Positions 1 through 12,559 of a DNA stretch of 64,000 nt are shown in pieces. The notes under the pieces are model-generated. The model saw nothing but the letters and a program-made list of their open reading frames with translations, searched no databases and was not told the DNA's origin. Numbering within the stretch: position 1 is the stretch's first letter; every line of letters starts with the position of its first letter. The translations under genes and the position numbers were made by a program. The DNA is from Camelus dromedarius. Taxonomy: Eukaryota. The stretch is from positions 49,540,001-49,604,000 of the forward strand of contig NC_087436.1 of assembly GCF_036321535.1 (NCBI RefSeq). Reading direction: 5' to 3'.

Positions 1-2544
1 GTATGAGTATGAGGAAACCACAGGAGCAAGAAGACCCGTATGCTGTCAGTACAGACAGATCCCAGGGAGCCTTGGCATCATGAGTCTTAATAGTGCTGCT
101 ACCCCTTTTTCTCAGAAAAATACAAAAAACATTATCTCTGAACTCAAAATAGATCATGAACTCGCAACAATCTCTGGAATGTCAGGAGTAAAATTAAGAA
201 ATGGAGAATTAATCCTGTTAGCACAAATGAGGTGGTGTCCCCACCAAAAGACACTGACAAGATGGTTACCAGGACCGGAACAGGAAGAGACAGCTGGGAT
301 GCTCCGAAGAGTCTTTACCTGCCCTGAGTGGATAATAAACAAGTACGTAAGTCCCTCTTCTCTACCTATGATTTTAAATCTTCATCCATAAATCACTATA
401 CTTCACATGGGCCTATGGATTCCTAGGACATTTTTAATCAAATTGTTTATATAGACAGAGGCTCTGCTGAAAAATAAAAAAATTGCCCAGGACCCCACAT
501 AACAGATGGTCCCAACCTGGAGACCCAGGTTGACTCTGTACTGTGTTTATTTTGTTGTCAACAGGTGAACACTGAAAAGGTATTTAGCATAATGTAACAA
601 CCAAGTTTTATTTCAGAATTGTAACATGCAAAGAGACCTTGTGGGATGATTTAGTGGGCATGAAAGAAATGATCATAGGCCCAGGGAGGTTGGGAGACCA
701 GTGGAATTGTCCGTGTGAGGGCTGACTTACAGGGCAAGGGGGAGGACCTGAGGTTTCAAATGCAGAGGGAGATGAGAATGCTCATGCCTGTAACAGAATT
801 AGTGACATCTGAAGGAGAGAGAAGTGTTTTGAAGGGAAAGAATGTATTTGGAATTTTATGCTTTGGAACGTTGGTTATTTAATTTGAATTTTAAGAAGGA
901 TGACACTAGTGGAATGTCTGACTGAATTTTGCTCACACTGAAATCCAAAGGTCTTTTGGCTGCAGTTTCTCAGAAACATTCATTAAATCTTTGAATAATC
1001 AGAAACCTTATTTAGACATTCAGCAGAGTTCTCTAAACCTGCCATTACCTAAGCATTTCCAAATCAGTTAGATCAGTTTCCCAGAACAAGTAGGAGAGAA
1101 ACGATCTGGCCTTTTCATATTTAGAGCTACTTCCATCGTCATCTATATACAGCACAATTTTGAGATCCAACAGGAGACTATTGGAAAAAAAAAAAAAAAG
1201 AAAAAAAAATCCAAACACTTTTGATGTTTCTGACTTGTTTCTGCTAAGGAATATGAAATTCAGACCGCATCACCAAATGATTATTCAGATAGCACTCCTG
1301 TACTCTTGTTCTCCCTCAGAACGGAAACAAGCCCAATCAACATTCGCATGTGGGTAAAGGAACATTGCTAAGAGTGAAAACACATCTTGGGCTTTGTGTG
1401 TGTCTGTGTATTAGCACAGTGCCCCAGGCTCTCACCAAATAGGAGGCACTGAGTGTGGCAAACAAGTCAATAAAAAGCAAGGGGTTGGGAGAGAAAAGTA
1501 ATTATCAGCGGCTATCAAAATTTGACTAATAGTTATGCTGTTGTAATGAAGGTCCTTGACAGTCTTAGTGACTAAAATGCTCACAGAACGCCTCTTTTCT
1601 TAACCACGTCGTGGGTTTTCATACATGATGACTGATTTGGCAAAATTCTGTTATGTACTGCACGCTGATTAACGTGGCTTAGAGAAGGGGCAGTAAAAGG
1701 ACTCTACTTACAAAGAGTCACAATATATTAGATATTTAAAAATTGAGTAATAGAGAATTAAAATTTTAAATTAATTTTGTTTTGGGAAGAATTCACAGTA
1801 ATAATAATAAAGTATTTTTTAAGTACATAAAAACTTTTTCCCCAACATTTTCCTCGTTATATGTCCATGACAAGGCTATTAAAAATAATAATACTTTGGT
1901 GACAAGGAAATTGAAGCACAGACTTTAAGAAATTTTCATATAGTTGTTTAGTGTCAAAGGCAGAAATAAGGAGAAGAACCTCCAGAACCTTCCCACTGGG
2001 TCACAGTTTTTCTCTATTCACTTTGATTCTCAATTCAACTTAAAAAATTATATGTAGCAGGTGATATTTAACAGACATAAAATCAAAATCAATTCAACCT
2101 AAGTGTAGTGAGCCTCAAAAAGATTGCCCTCTTACTTTAAATTTTGTAATTGCTAAGAACAAGACTTCTGCTTGTGTTCCTCTTCACTGTTTCTCTTCTA
2201 CCCAGAAAGAAATAGCCTTCGAGTAGGTTTAAAATGAGAATAAATAATAATTTAAAACTCTCCTTGTTGTACTAATGATTGACAGTTAACTATGTTGTAG
2301 AATGGGAAGCTGTGTTGACTAGATACCATAGCTAATTCTAGACCCATTCTCATTATGCTGGTAATTGTTTCAGGAAAGTCCCTTTATTTCCTTCTCTCCT
2401 TCCCTCTCTTCCTTCCCTCCTCCTTTTTCTTTCCTTTTCTCTAGGAAGCCCATTGTTCTCATCTGACAAAAGATTGGGGAAAACAGGCATCCATGCAGCT
2501 CCCCCAGAGATCTACTGGACAATCATATGAGACATGGACATCAT

Positions 2545-3878
2545 TTTACCCCTTTCCTCCTTAGTAAATAGTACCACTGTCAAGCTGGTTCCCCAATAAA
2601 CTCTTCAGCCTTCCTGATTCTTTTCTTCTCCCTCAGACCTATCCAACTGCAGGTCCCTCACAGTGGCCTCCATATTTCTCACCCCTTTCCTGCTCCATTG
2701 CTACCATTCCATCATAGACCATCCAGACAACTGTGATGGCTTCTAACTAATCTCTCTGCTTTCTCTCTTGTCCCCCCACCCCCATTCAATGCATTCTCTG
2801 TCTGGCAGCCAAAATGATCTTTTCAAACTAAAAATAAAATCGTGTCATTTCCGTATTTAAAGCCTCCAGTAGCTTCCCGTTCTACTCAGCATTAACTGCA
2901 GAAGACTTACCATGGCCTCTGTGGCAGACTCAGGATGGCACGAATTCCTTGATGCTCCTCCCTTTGAATCTAGGCTGGCCTCACAGCTTTGTTTGAGCAA
3001 CAGAAAATGGTAGAAGTCATGTTCTGAGACTTCAAGAGTGGTCATCAGGAATGCTGATGCATGAGTCAGGGCTGGCTCTGGAAGAAGCCAGTCTTCATGT
3101 ACGAAGTCTGCCTGCCATGAGAGAGCCGTGATGCCAACTTGTGAGAATAACAAGCCCTTTGCAGAGGCCGAGAATGTGAGATGTCATAGAGAGAGGCAAG
3201 GGAGTACTGAGGCACCAGATGTTGAATGAAGAAATCCCCTGCGAAGAGAGGGTCTCCAGTTTCAGCTGCCCCAGCGAGTACCGCACGTATCAGAGACAAA
3301 TTGCCAGGAAGAAACTTTCCCGTCTTCCTGGTCTCCAAATTGTGAGCAAAATGTGATCTTTGTTTTAACCCACTACATTTTGGGGACAATTTCACAGAAA
3401 TAGCCCAGTAGCTTCAAAGTTCAAAAAAGGTGGTTCCTGCCTTTCTTTCTGAGTTTATCTCCTGCCATTTTCCTCTTCCTTACTGTCCCGCAGCCTCACC
3501 AGTTTCTCTGAATGTCAGGCTTTTTCTATGCTGGCACCTTGGCACTTGCTGTACCCTCTGCTCAAACTCTGACCCCCGACCTTTTCATCATTATCTCCTT
3601 GTCATGGAGCTCAAGTGTCAGAGTGCAGTTAGGTCTTCAGATCACTCACTTTCAATTTGCCACATCTCTCCGACAGCATCCTAGTTTATCACAGTTCCTT
3701 CTTTGTCGTAACGCTTGGAGCTGTCTGGAATGATTTTGTTCATTTGTTGATTTCCTACTTACTAATTCTTTAGCTAACTCACATATAAACTTGTGAGACC
3801 AAGGGTTTTATCTGTGTTTTTCACAAATGCGCCCCTAATGCCTTTGATATTCAATACATATTTCTTAATGAATGCATG
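2545..3878 (+). mobile_element. L2 (L2a-like) LINE 3' portion, split by a MaLR LTR
   Basis: Pyrimidine-rich L2 3' sequence (gcagccaaaatgatcttttcaaac..., ggcacttgctgtaccctctgc...) ending in ...attcaatacatatttcttaatgaatg; continuous on both sides of the 2919-3410 insertion. Confidence 0.8.
2919..3410 (+). mobile_element. ERVL-MaLR solo LTR (MLT1F/G/H-like)
   Basis: Starts tgtggcagac; contains cctccctttgaatctaggctggcc and ends ttgttttaacccactacattttgggg..., typical of MLT1 LTRs. Confidence 0.8.
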
Positions 3879-5718
3879 TAAACGTGCTTCAAACCTAAAG
3901 GGTTTTGTTATTATTGCACCACAAGAAACTACTGCAAGAAACCACTGAATGCTAGAAAAAGAGACTAGGATGTACTCAGACATCAAACGATAAGACATAG
4001 GAAATCAGAATTCTCTAGAACTGCAGAGAATTAGAAATACCCCACAATATCAGTACCTTGAAGTTCACTTGAGTCGACTGCACTGCACATTTCCCTGTTA
4101 ATGTCTCCTTTAGAAAACTGACAGTTTGGTTGTACTATTTCTCTATCTCCCCCACACCCTGCTCTGCTTGGCACCTGGCTCAGTCTTCAGTTTTTCAGTA
4201 TCTGTCCCTTAGTAATAAAATCAAAAGTAAGATACTCTTTTTGGTTTACCTGTCTGTAAAGTCATTGACCACAGAGTCTACAAGAATATCAAATGTGTTA
4301 ATCATTTAATGCGGAGGCATTGGCTCCCTTCAAGGAAGTGAGAATGAGCCCACGATCCAATTCATGTGAGTGTCTGTTTTGTTTTACATTTGACACCCAG
4401 TGATCGCTTAAGGAGAAAGGTATTTCTAATCAGTAGTATTTAGGCTAACCAAGGGGAAAGGGAACACAGCTTCACAAATTTGTGGAAAGGACATCTCTGC
4501 AAGTATTTAAGAGACAAGAAGTTTGATTTGATTTCAATAAAATTGTTGGTGTGATAAACTATGTAATTGTCAGCATGTATCAGGAGAGCAGGTATAATGT
4601 ATATTACTATCGTACACATTTTAATATAGTGAGCTAGAGAAACTCACTGACTAGCAAGGAATTGAAATATTGAAATGGAAATTCAAGCTTTGAGATTCCT
4701 AGAATCTCGGAAACCATCTTGCATCTTTCTCTCCATCTGCCTGTCAACATGACTTTCTGAAGTAACTAATCTCAAAGGAATATTTTAGAAAAAAAAAATA
4801 TCGTGTGGATGTGTTTTTTTTCCCCCCCTAATAAATGCCAATCTTAGGCAGTGTTTTTGTCAGGAGACTCTGTTCCAGCTTTAAAAGCCAAAAGTAAGAT
4901 GAAAATGAGTACACCAAAATGTAATTTAAAATGCAAATACAGATTCTGCAGAAAAGCAGCAAAAGCTAATTGTAGTTTCTCTTCGGGCTTGGTTCTGTGG
5001 ACGCAGCGTGTTGTTACATACCTTTTTCCTGCTGGGGATGCCCTGACCACAGCTGCACTGCCACACCTTGACCTCTCAGATAAAATACACTTGACCTTAA
5101 AAAAAACCAAAAACCCACAAAAACTCAAATCCCAAACCCCAGTCACAGAAATCAGTAGGAACTTAACCCTCAGTACTACTAGGTGGAAAGGCAACCATAT
5201 GTGACAATATGGCTGTTAACTCATGAGAAATCCCCAGAATAGAAACAGCACTTGCATATTACAGAGAAAGGGCAGTGAATTTATATTCCCTAAGAGCTCA
5301 CATAGTATAAATATAAAAAAAATGCAACCCCGGAATTAAGGACACCATTTGTTTTCAACCTATCAAAGCTGCACAAATATTTCATACTTAGATTAACTTG
5401 GAGTAAGTTCTAAAATATGCAGTTTTATAATTTGAATAGTATCATTGTGAGGAGTGGAGAGCAGTAGAACAAGAGCTTTGAGAGCCAAAAAATAAAAACT
5501 GCAATTTTAGCTTTTTTGTTTTTATTCCTGTCATACCTGGATAGTCAGTCATAGGCTACATACTGTGCTGAGCTGAGGTCAGTATATTATTTGCAGCAAA
5601 ACTTTGTTCACTCTTTTAAATCTTAGGACTTGTTTATGAAAAAGTATTCAAAAAATTTTTTAAAATACTGTCCCCTTTTTCCTTGAATGGATGAGAGATA
5701 TAGTGAATTCAATAAGGA

Positions 5719-5860
5719 GGGGGAGGGTATAGCTCAGTGGTAGATTGCATGCTTGGCATGCAAGAGGTCCTCGGTTCAATCCCTAGTACCTTCATTAAAA
5801 TAAATAAATAAATAAATAAATCAAATTACCCCCACCACCCCCAAAAAACAAAACAAAAAA
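5719..5860 (+). mobile_element. tRNA-derived SINE, camelid Vic-1 type
   Basis: ggggagggtatagctcagtggtaga (A box) ... ggttcaatccc (B box), then (TAAA)n, a C-rich segment and an A-rich tail. Confidence 0.9.
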
Positions 5861-7714
5861 TTTCAGTTTGTCACACAATGTGAGTGGTCTTGCATTCATA
5901 TATAGGAGAGCATACTCAAGGGTATTATGATGAGTCCAGGAAAAAGAGCAAATTTACCAAATAAAATAACTGCTGGGAGAAGCTTGAGTCAGTCACAAAA
6001 TTAGAATTTTGAATTTTTTTAAGTGACTCTGGGACTCAAGTGGGGTTCGTTCTCCATTATGTATGTTAATTAGGACCACAGGCCCTGTAGACAAAAGAAG
6101 TTCTTAATTTTTATCCTTCACTGTCAGAACTTTATGAACTTGGTTAATGGAGTTCTATTGGTTCTTTGTGCCCTTTCCTGCCCTCTAGTGGGGGTGCTGC
6201 TGTGCTAGAAAATGGTCAGACAGAAACGAGAGAGACGGTGAGGTGGAGTTTGGATAATTGCATTAACTACACCAAATGCGGTCCCTGGCATCCATGTGTG
6301 TGCCAAGGTCCAGAGGAGGTCAGGGCTTCTCAGTCAGGGAGGGTGCAGAGAGTCTGTTGTGCAGGCTTGGAGGGCCCAAGGGTTTGGGACCTGCAGCAAT
6401 TATATCACGTTGCTTTGTCCCCACCATTCTTTCTCTTTCCAGGCTTTACATCTGGTGTTATCCTGCCTGATAGCTCATGACTCCTTTTAGTAATGCATAC
6501 ACTTCACGGCAAAAGGCAGAATCCTTTGTTGAACCCTGCCAGTTACCTTGCACAAGGACTCACATCCACCTGTTGGCATGTTTGATGTGCTGGGTTTGAG
6601 GAAGAAAAGGAGTTGCAGCTTCCTATGAACTTAATAGGAATTATCAGTTTAACTACATAAAGAACAAGTTTTAAAGTAAGTTTTGCAGGTGTCAGTCATG
6701 CATACATGCCAGTCTTAAAGTTTTACCAAGTAAGTCAAACCATGCTAGGGATCCTCATGCATAACTGCTTTTGTTTCTCTGCAGTTTCTTGCTTTTGGTT
6801 CCAAAGATTCTTTTTAATTGTTTTTTTTTTTTCTCCCTTTGGAAAAGGGGAGGAGGTGAACTCTAAGATCCCCTCCCAGGAAGTCTTATGCCTGCATGTA
6901 TCTGTGTGAAAACAGGAAAGAAGACACTTTTTTATACTACGACTCAAAAGTATATTATTTCTTTCAGTAATTATTTTTGCATGATTATTGTACTTTGTTT
7001 TATTCAGTGAAGACTGGAACTATCCTTTACTGCTTATCATGCAGAGAAGGGGGATACATTCTAAACTCATTTGTTGAACTTATTATTTCTTTATGGACTA
7101 TTATAAGATTGGCACATATGACATCAGATTGAAAAAAGAAATTTCAAGTGAATCGGGAGGTACAGGGAAGAGCACATACAAGAGGATAACAGAAGGCCAG
7201 TCAGAAGTAGGAAGATGCTCAAGAAAATCCCACTTGGGGCTAACGATGGTCAAGTCCCTCTGTTTATTTTTCTTGCCCATGTGCCTCTGCATTAATAGTT
7301 CCTTCCTTTCCCAAATGTGTGGGGGCTCCTCTGCCTTCCCCCACACAAACTGAAAGTTTATTCCCTTCTTTTCCTCTTGCAGGCAGTTGTGATTTCTCAT
7401 GAAATCTGGAACCTGGAAGTTTGAGTAAAAAAAAAAAATCAATTATTTTGCTAAACTGAACCATAGCTGAATTTAAAAAAAGACCAATTTCATTTTCTCT
7501 GTTGCCAGCTAAGACAAGTCTCTATCCAAAATAACTGATGGATCTGAGACCTTATTTGATTTAGGGTCTACATGATTCTCAGGTACATTTCCATTTTCTA
7601 TGATTCTCTAAATTACTTATTCTTTGTGACCCTCACATTAGAGTATTCCCACTTACGGAAAATTGTTTCCTTTTGCTGCCTCTGTAGAATGACTATAATA
7701 ATAATATTAGTACT

Positions 7715-7963
7715 AATAATACAGCTACTACTAATGATAGCAGCACTATAGATTTCTGTGTCAGGAACTATTTCAAGTGTTATGTATTAACTCATTTATC
7801 CTCCAGCAACCTTGCAGTATAGTTACTATTATTACCTACATTTTGCAGATGAGGTAAATGGGGCACAGGTTGGTTAACCTGGTGAAGATTACATAGCCAG
7901 TAAGTTTGGAACTATGATTCAAAACCACGTGGTGTGGATCTAGAATTAATGTTCTTAACCACA
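7715..7963 (-). mobile_element. MIR SINE
   Basis: MIR core in reverse orientation: aactcatttatcctc...attattacctacattttgcagatgaggtaaatggggcacag. Confidence 0.85.
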
Positions 7964-8254
7964 GTGATAAGACATTTTTCTATAATAATTTCTAAAACTC
8001 GTTATATATTCACCATCAACAATGTGACCCTCCATCACTGTAAGTGTTAAGAGTGGCGCTCACTCTACCTGGTACCATGGGATGCCTTGAAATTGCAGTG
8101 CCGAGAAAAAGGTTCATTCTTTAAAGTCACTAAGTTTTCATAGCCATGCAAGGTGTTAAGTAGATCCCTAGGTATGAAGAAGGGATTCTCTGCCAAGGGA
8201 GCTTTGCTCAGATAACTGGATTGTCGTGAGGAGACCGGAGGAGGCACAGCACCT

Positions 8255-8380
8255 GCAGTCGGGTCCAGCCCTGGGGTTAGTTACACGACCTCAGGCAAGC
8301 TGTCTAATTTCTCTAAACCTCAGATTCTTCCTCTATAAAAAAGAGAAAATTTTGATTCCTTAGGTTGCTGGAGGCTATAT
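8255..8380 (+). mobile_element. MIR SINE fragment
   Basis: gacctcaggcaagctgtctaatttctctaaacctcagattcttcctctataaaa matches the MIR core. Confidence 0.7.
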
Positions 8381-8559
8381 TAGACATTGAAAACTGTCAT
8401 TGTGTTGTATGAACAGAGATTTTGATGGAGTTTTAGAAGAGAAAAATGATGGTAGAAGCAAGTCATCACTTTGCCTGGAAGAGTTTAAGCAAATAGAACA
8501 CAAATCACCTGCACCATAGAGATCTTACCGTTTTTGTATTGTAAATAGACATACAACCT

Positions 8560-9454
8560 TGTAGGAAAAATACTTCTGTGTATCTCCTTTATTCACAAAC
8601 ACAACACTTCTGAAACCAGATGTGTGATGTCCCCACACCAAGTAATTCTGTGATACCAGCTCGGTGACATACAATTCGATTCAGCCCCTTCCCTCTCTTC
8701 CTCAAGTTAGCATCAACCCCACATGTTAAGGGCTCAGTCCCACAAGACTTCTCCAACTTCAGACACCAATGGCAAGTCCCAGGTTGTCCTTGGTGTTTCT
8801 GACCAAATGACTATGAATTGGGGTTCCCATGACCCCCTCTTTAGGTCCTATAATTTGCTAGAATGGCTCACAGAACTCAGGGAAGCCCTTACTTATGTTT
8901 TCCAGCTTATTAAGTAAAGGTGACAGATAAGCAGACAGATGAAAGACACATAGGGTGAGGTCTGAGAGAATCATGATCACAGGAGCTCCTGTCCCCATGG
9001 AGCTGGGGTGTGCCACCCTAGCATGTGATGTATTCCCCAACCCAGAAGCTCACCAAACCCCATACTTAAGCAATTTTTATGGAGACTTCATCATGTAGGC
9101 ATGATCAATCATTAACTCAATCTCCAGCCCCTCCCCCTTCCCAAAGGCTGAAAGTTTCCAGCTTCTAATTATGGTTTATTCTTTCTGGTGACCAATCCCC
9201 ATCCTGAAGTTGTCCACAAGTCCACCAAGAGTAGCCTCATTACAATGAAAGACATTCCTATAACCCAGGAAATACCAAGGGATTTAGGAGCTCTGTGTCA
9301 GGAACCAGGATAACAAACCAAATACTAGAACAAAAGATACCCTTAGTGCTCTTATCACTTAGGAAATTAGAAGGGTTTTAGGAGCTCTGTGTCATGAACT
9401 GGCAGCAGAGACATATATATATATATATACTTTTTCCCCCCCTACTATTTCACA
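8560..9454 (-). mobile_element. MER21-family solo LTR
   Basis: tgt...aca termini; diagnostic segments aagggctcagtcccacaagact and aatttgctagaatggctcacagaactcaggga; family-typical internal duplication ttaggagctctgtgtca at ~9284 and ~9378. Confidence 0.85.
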
Positions 9455-9579
9455 TAGACCCAGAGGATGTCATCTTTGTGTATACCAAATAGCAGTAGTT
9501 TATTGGCAGTGAATGTAAGTGTTCCTGATTATGTTAAGAACTGCATTAGATTTTTTAAATGCAGACTTTATAGATACAA

Positions 9580-10115
9580 CATGCAGCAAAGATTAAGGTT
9601 GCCTACTCCAATATCCATATTCTTCTTTTACCCTAGTAACACACCCAGGCGCACTGCTGCCTGGAAACCAAAACGAACAAATCTTTATTTCTCTTCTTCC
9701 TTTGCTACTCGGTATGGCCATATGATTAAGCTTAGGTGAGTGAAACGTTAAGTGGAAATACATACTGTGTTGAAGTTATGGCAAGACTGTTTAAAAGGGA
9801 CTGACTCAGTGGGGAGGAATCTTTTTTTTTTTTTTTCCCCTTTGCATTTGCTCTCTCTTTTGCCTTCAGTGAGGTTGTGATGATTGGAATTCCAGCTTGA
9901 GCTCCATGGACAATAGGCTGACCTTAAAAATGGAAGACACGATTGAGGAGCAGAAATACAGGAGCCTGGATTTGGAATGACATCATGGCTTTCCTACCTT
10001 AGTCGTGGGCTGCCTATTCCTAGACTTCTTTAATGCTGAAAATATTAGGAAATCTATAAAAATTCAAGCCACTGGTATTTTTATCTTTATTGCCAGACTA
10101 ATCATAATTCATATT
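9580..10115 (+). mobile_element. MaLR LTR (MLT1J-like)
   Basis: gttgcctactccaatatccatattc...tggccatatgattaag...aggagcctgg...ttcaagccactg pattern of old MLT1 LTRs. Confidence 0.7.
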
Positions 10116-10147
10116 CCGTAATACTCGTTTTATCTTCAGTTAAATTG

Positions 10148-10650
10148 CAGACTGTCCACAACTTAAAGCAGTTCGACTTAACGATTTTTTGACTTTATGA
10201 TGGTGTGAAAGTGATATACATTTAGTAGAAGCTGTCCTTCAAATTTTGAATTTTGATCTTTTCCTGAGCTAGCAGGTGAGACTCGGTAGGATCCTCTCTT
10301 GTGATGCTGGGCAGGGCACTGAGCCGCAGCTCCGAGTCAGCCGCGCGGCCAGGAGAGTATCAGCTGACACACCTGCAACCATCCTGTCCCCACACAACCA
10401 TTTTGGTTTTCATTTTCAGTACAGAATTCAATAAATTTCAACACTATTCACACTTCACTGTGAAATAGGCTTTGTGTTAGATGATTTTGCCTAACTGTAG
10501 GCTGATGTGTTTTTGCATGTTTGAGGTAGATTAGGCTAAGCTATGATGTTTTGTAGGTCAGGTCTATTTAATGCATTTTTGACTTAAGACATTTTCAGCT
10601 TCCAATGGGTTTATTGGGATATAACCCCACTGTAAGTTGAGGAAGATCTG
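10148..10650 (-). mobile_element. TcMar-Tigger non-autonomous DNA transposon (MER47/Tigger5-like)
   Basis: Imperfect TIRs cagactgtccacaactta / taagttgaggaagatctg with TA on the right; internal ataggctttgtgttagatgattttgcc and aggctaagctatgatgtt match MER47. Confidence 0.85.
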
Positions 10651-11699
10651 TAGTCATTTTTATAGAGTTATTTACATTGGCATGTGAAAATAGATTGTTG
10701 TAGCTTTGATTAAATGTAAGTTCTGATTATCTTGAAGTATTAAAAAAAACTTAACACTAGTAATTCCATTATATGTTGCGTATTTAAGTTAAAAAGGCAT
10801 TTATCTGCATTAATATTACTGAATTCAACATACGTAAATAGTTAACATGTGAACCAGATCTGAGGGTGTATCGTCTACCATTTATAATGCCAATCCTTTG
10901 GTTTCAGTAAAGTGGCATCATTTATCATATTAAATTAACTTTATAACTTCATTTGATTATATCCATAGCTTTGACTGTATCTACTGCGTAGATTTATTGT
11001 GTTATTAATTTTATTTTTTTCAAGCATAAGAAATTTACATTTAAGTAATATGAAAAACGAGCCTCCACGATTATTGTTTCCCTTTTTAAAAGGGAAGAAT
11101 ACATTACTCAGATTTGAAAAATAACACTTTGGGGTATGACAAAAATGACCTTATGATATTAGCTATAAATTAATCTGAAACAATAGGTGGAGAAGTTAGA
11201 TGCAGAATCCAGCTACAAGTCTTTACTGACTTCCGTGGGTATCTAAACCTCTGTACATCACTTCCTGTCCAAAATCCAGAGTTTCTTTTGTCTGACTTAC
11301 TAAGGAATCTATCTTATCACTTTTAAGTAGGCTAACTCTTGGATGACCTGAGAAATGTTTCCTTCCTAGTGTTAATAATTTTTGAAATTGTCACCTTTAT
11401 CTTCATCTAAATCTCCTTTTCCAGTTATATGTGGGCCCTCCCAGTCTATGTTGTTCTCAATTCCAGAGCTATTTCTCTCGTAAGAAACGAAAACACATCT
11501 TGATTAGTCGTATGTGGGGGTTGTTGTTGTAATTATTATTGTACTAGCAAACATAACCATATTAAAATAACTGGGATTTAAAGTCAATGGTGGGAAAAGG
11601 CTGCTTGTTTTATTAAAGTAAGAAGTGGCAGGAATGGAGGAGACACACTGACTCTCAGGGAACGCTTGACAGTCTTTATAATTTTGCTAGAAGAAACGA

Positions 11700-11958
11700 T
11701 ATAAAACACAGTAGGAGAAAAATTGACTTTGGAAGCAGACAATCCTGTGTTTGAAGCTCTGCTGCCTAATGCTGTATGTCTGTTGGTCAATAATTTACCC
11801 TCTCTGAATCTTAGGTTCCTTGCACGTAGAATGGAGGTAATAACACTCATCTTGCAGGATTGTTGTGAGGACTATGGGTTGTATGGACTTACTTATGGGA
11901 AAATGCTGTCACGGTATTTGGCCCGTAACAGGTGTTCAATTCATGGTTGTTGTTATTA
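11700..11958 (+). mobile_element. MIR SINE
   Basis: Near full-length MIR: ctctctgaatcttaggttccttgcacgtagaatggaggtaataac...caggattgttgtgaggac...ggtgttcaattcatggttgttgttatta. Confidence 0.85.
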
Positions 11959-11980
11959 CCAGCCTAGATTGTGACTCTTT

Positions 11981-12088
11981 TAAAAAAAATGTATTTACTT
12001 ATTTTAATGGAGGTAATGGGGATTGAACCCCAGACCCCATGCATGCTAAGCATGTACTCTGCCACTGAGCTATATATATCCTTCCCCC
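11981..12088 (-). mobile_element. Vic-1-type tRNA-derived SINE, short form, with TSD
   Basis: Reverse B box (gggattgaacc) and A box (ccactgagctata); perfect TSD tagattgtgactcttt at 11965-11980 and 12089-12104. Confidence 0.92.
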
Positions 12089-12200
12089 TAGATTGTGACT
12101 CTTTCATATTGTAATGCAGGCACGCAGTGAGGGCCTATAGGTCTCAAAAGATGACAGAAGCTAAAAATTAAGAAACAAGAGGTAAAGTTATGACCACAGG

Positions 12201-12559
12201 TGTTATGGTCTGAAAGTTTGTGTCTCTTCAAAGTTCAAATGTCAAAATGTAATGGTATTAGGAGGTGGTGCCATTGGGAGGTTCCTAGGTAATGAAGGTG
12301 GAGCTCTCATGAATGGGATTAGTGCTCTTGTAAAAGAGACCCCAGAGAACTCCCTCCCCTCTTCCACCATGTGAGGGCACAGTGAAAAAGATGGCCATCT
12401 GTGAGCCAGGAAGTGGGGCAGACATCTCACCAAATACCAGATCCACTGGCACCTTAACCTTAGACTTCTCAGCCTCCAGAACGGTGAGAAATAAATTTAT
12501 GGTTTATAAGTTACCCAGACTATGGTATTTTGTTATAGCAGCCTGCATGGACTGAGACA
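12201..12559 (+). mobile_element. MaLR solo LTR (MLT1A/MLT1A0-like)
   Basis: tgttatggtctgaa...atgggattagtgctcttgtaaaagagacc...gacttctcagcctccagaacggtgagaaataaattt...gactgagaca; complete TG...CA LTR. Confidence 0.9.

Noticed and set aside
5719..5795. tRNA-like sequence with A and B boxes
   Set aside because: It has an A-rich tail and three diverged relatives in the window, some with TSDs, so it is a SINE head and not a tRNA gene.
7093..7353. ORF containing GGTGKST, resembling a P-loop
   Set aside because: It lacks the G-x4-GK[ST] spacing and the preceding hydrophobic strand; the ORF is short with no other NTPase motifs.
9280..9400. Direct repeats ttaggagctctgtgtca with a spacer, superficially CRISPR-like
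   Set aside because: Only two units, and they are the internal duplication of the MER21 LTR in mammalian DNA.
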